Source of the DNA: Octopus sinensis
Taxonomy: Eukaryota
DNA length: 64,000 nt
NCBI RefSeq assembly: GCF_006345805.1
Contig: NC_042997.1
Coordinates: forward strand, 113,274,001-113,338,000
Direction: 5' to 3'
In this document: piece after piece, positions 61,991 through 64,000 of the stretch
How the letters are laid out: every line of letters begins with the position of its first letter
Position numbering within the stretch: position 1 is the first letter of the stretch
Notes under the pieces: generated by a model
The model's input: only the letters and a program-made list of their open reading frames with translations
The model's database searches: none
What the model was told of the DNA's origin: nothing
Translations under genes and position numbers: made by a program

Positions 61991-63106
61991 CTGCCCATGA
62001 CATTTTCACCACTGACTTGGATTCCAAAGCCACATTCAGCGCAAACACCAGCCGAGGAGACCAGATGGAGACTGACGAACCCAATGCTTGGATACAAGCT
62101 GGGGCCAACGACTATGTATGTGTGTGTGTGTGTGCGTATGTGTGTGTGCGTATGTGTGTGTGTGTATGTGTGTGTGTGTGTGTGTATAGTGAACAGTAAC
62201 TCCAAAAATATAATTTTAAAAAAGTATAGAATGAAAACGGTAACTAAAGTCTAACACATACACAGCTCACACGTGTTTGTATGTGTCACTTGGTACATGC
62301 ATGTGTATATGTGTTTGTGTGTGTGTGTGTGTGTGAATGTGTGTGTGTGTTTGTGTGAATGTTAGTGGGTGTGTGTGTGAATGTTAGTTTGTGTGTGTGT
62401 ATCTGAATGTTAGTGTATGTGTGTATCTCAATGTTAGTGTGTGTGTATCTGAATGTTAGTGTGTGTGTGTGTCATTGTGTTATTCACCTCACATATCAAT
62501 GCTGTGATGTGGGTCTTTGTGTTTGCCATCATCGGATAACATCATAAAAGACTTCATTATTTCTGTTCGCACCAAGAAGAATGGTAACAAGTTTCTTTGG
62601 CGTTTATGATGTCTAAAATTGAAAGAATACAGCAAAGAAAAATAAAAAAATGGATGAAGCTTTTTTTCAATAAATTCCTTGATATAGTTTTTGTGGTTAC
62701 TTTCTGTGCACCAATTCAATATGTATTAAAAATAGATGATCAATAACAAAAAATACTGCAAGTGAGAAATGTAATTGATATGTGTCTATGTATGTATTTA
62801 TGTGTGTATGTATGTAAGTATATGTGTGTGTGTACATATACATATGTGTATGCACATACATCATTATCATTTAATGTATGTTGTCCATATACATGTATGT
62901 GTATATATGTACATGTATGTATGTACGTATGTATGTATGTATCTATCTAAGAGTGGCTGTGTGGTAAGAAGTTTGCTTCCCAGCCTCATGGTTTCAGGTT
63001 CAGTCCCACTGCATGGCCCCTTGGACAAGTGTCTTCTACTGTAGCCTTGAACTGATCAAAGCCTTGAGAGTGAATCTGGTTGATGGAAACTGAAAGAAGC
63101 CCATCG

Positions 63107-63142
<36 letters not shown>

Positions 63143-63206
63143 TATATATCATCATCATCATCATCATCATCGTTTAACGCCTGCTTTCCGTGCTAGCATG
63201 GGTTGG

Positions 63207-63360
63207 AAAGGTGACAAATAGTGAGAGGGAAAGAGTAAGGAATGCACAGTGCTGACTAGAAAGGAAGGAAACATAAAGGTGACGAATAGAGGGAGGGAAA
63301 GAGTAAGGAATTCACAGTGCTGACTAGAAAGGAAGGAAGGATAAAGGTGACGAATAGAAC
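63207..63360. repeat. 68-bp purine-rich tandem repeat, 2.2 copies
   Basis: aaaggtgac starts at 63207, 63275 and 63343. Confidence 0.9.
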
Positions 63361-64000
63361 AGAGTGGTAGCATTTAGTAGAGATGACCCGGAAGTTGTTC
63401 CTCTTCGATTACTATCGCAAACAACAGTAGCTTTCTTCAACTGAATACACATCATTGATCGGTTGAAATTACCCAAATACGACAACTTTAACACAAAATA
63501 ACTTCTAAAATAGGAAATTTTGTCAAAAACTTTCATAGTAAACTGTGTTCTACATGAGAAATTCTACCAGAATTCAAAGTTTCAAACTGTTTAGTTTAAA
63601 AAATTCATTAAAAAATCTGTGACTGAGATGGAACAGATCCGAAGATACTTCGCCAAAGTGCCATGCAGTGAAATTGATCCCTGAACCGCATAATTGCAGA
63701 GTGAACATCTTAACCACATGGTTGAATGTAGTCCTATATGAAGGGTTGTGTCGACAGCAATATAGGCCCCCTGGCAAAGCAACATTGTATTGGATCTCTA
63801 GAGCTAAAGGACTCCTAAGCCACTACCTAGTGTTTTGTCCATTCATTAAGACTACCTATTATGTAGACATATACCGTCTGGGAAAGGCTGGATGGTCAAG
63901 GCCAGACTGCTTTTTGATCATGTTCTTTTAAATTAGGGTTTGACTTGAGCCTAAATAGCAACAAAAATAACATTTTGCCAAAAATGGCAAGGACTAATGT

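Overview
AT-rich, microsatellite-dense eukaryotic DNA. The repeat families match my recollection of octopus (coleoid cephalopod) repeats; the species is inferred, not searched. No host gene can be identified, and most short ORFs in the track are microsatellite or antisense-repeat artefacts. The window is mostly old, nested transposon sequence: tRNA-headed SINEs, 3' ends of an RTE LINE, CR1, R4/Dong-type RLE retrotransposons beside (TAA)n tracts, mariner and Tc1 elements, MITEs and a Gypsy relic. The main interest is a Penelope-like element (PLE) cluster at about 21.4-30.3 kb. (1) An uninterrupted 831-aa RT + GIY-YIG ORF (26610-29105) is followed by a 56-bp CCAAT/CRE tandem array, a CRE-TATA promoter-like module and a minimal hammerhead ribozyme with a compensatory U3-A8 core. 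(2) A decayed, oppositely oriented Naiad-like PLE (23437-25390) has TGA codons at two positions that are normally conserved cysteines, the signature reported for selenoprotein-encoding Naiads; I could not find a SECIS. Five hammerhead or hammerhead-like motifs occur in the window, including a well-formed minimal one at 43266-43307. Most repeat boundaries are approximate and were read by eye.
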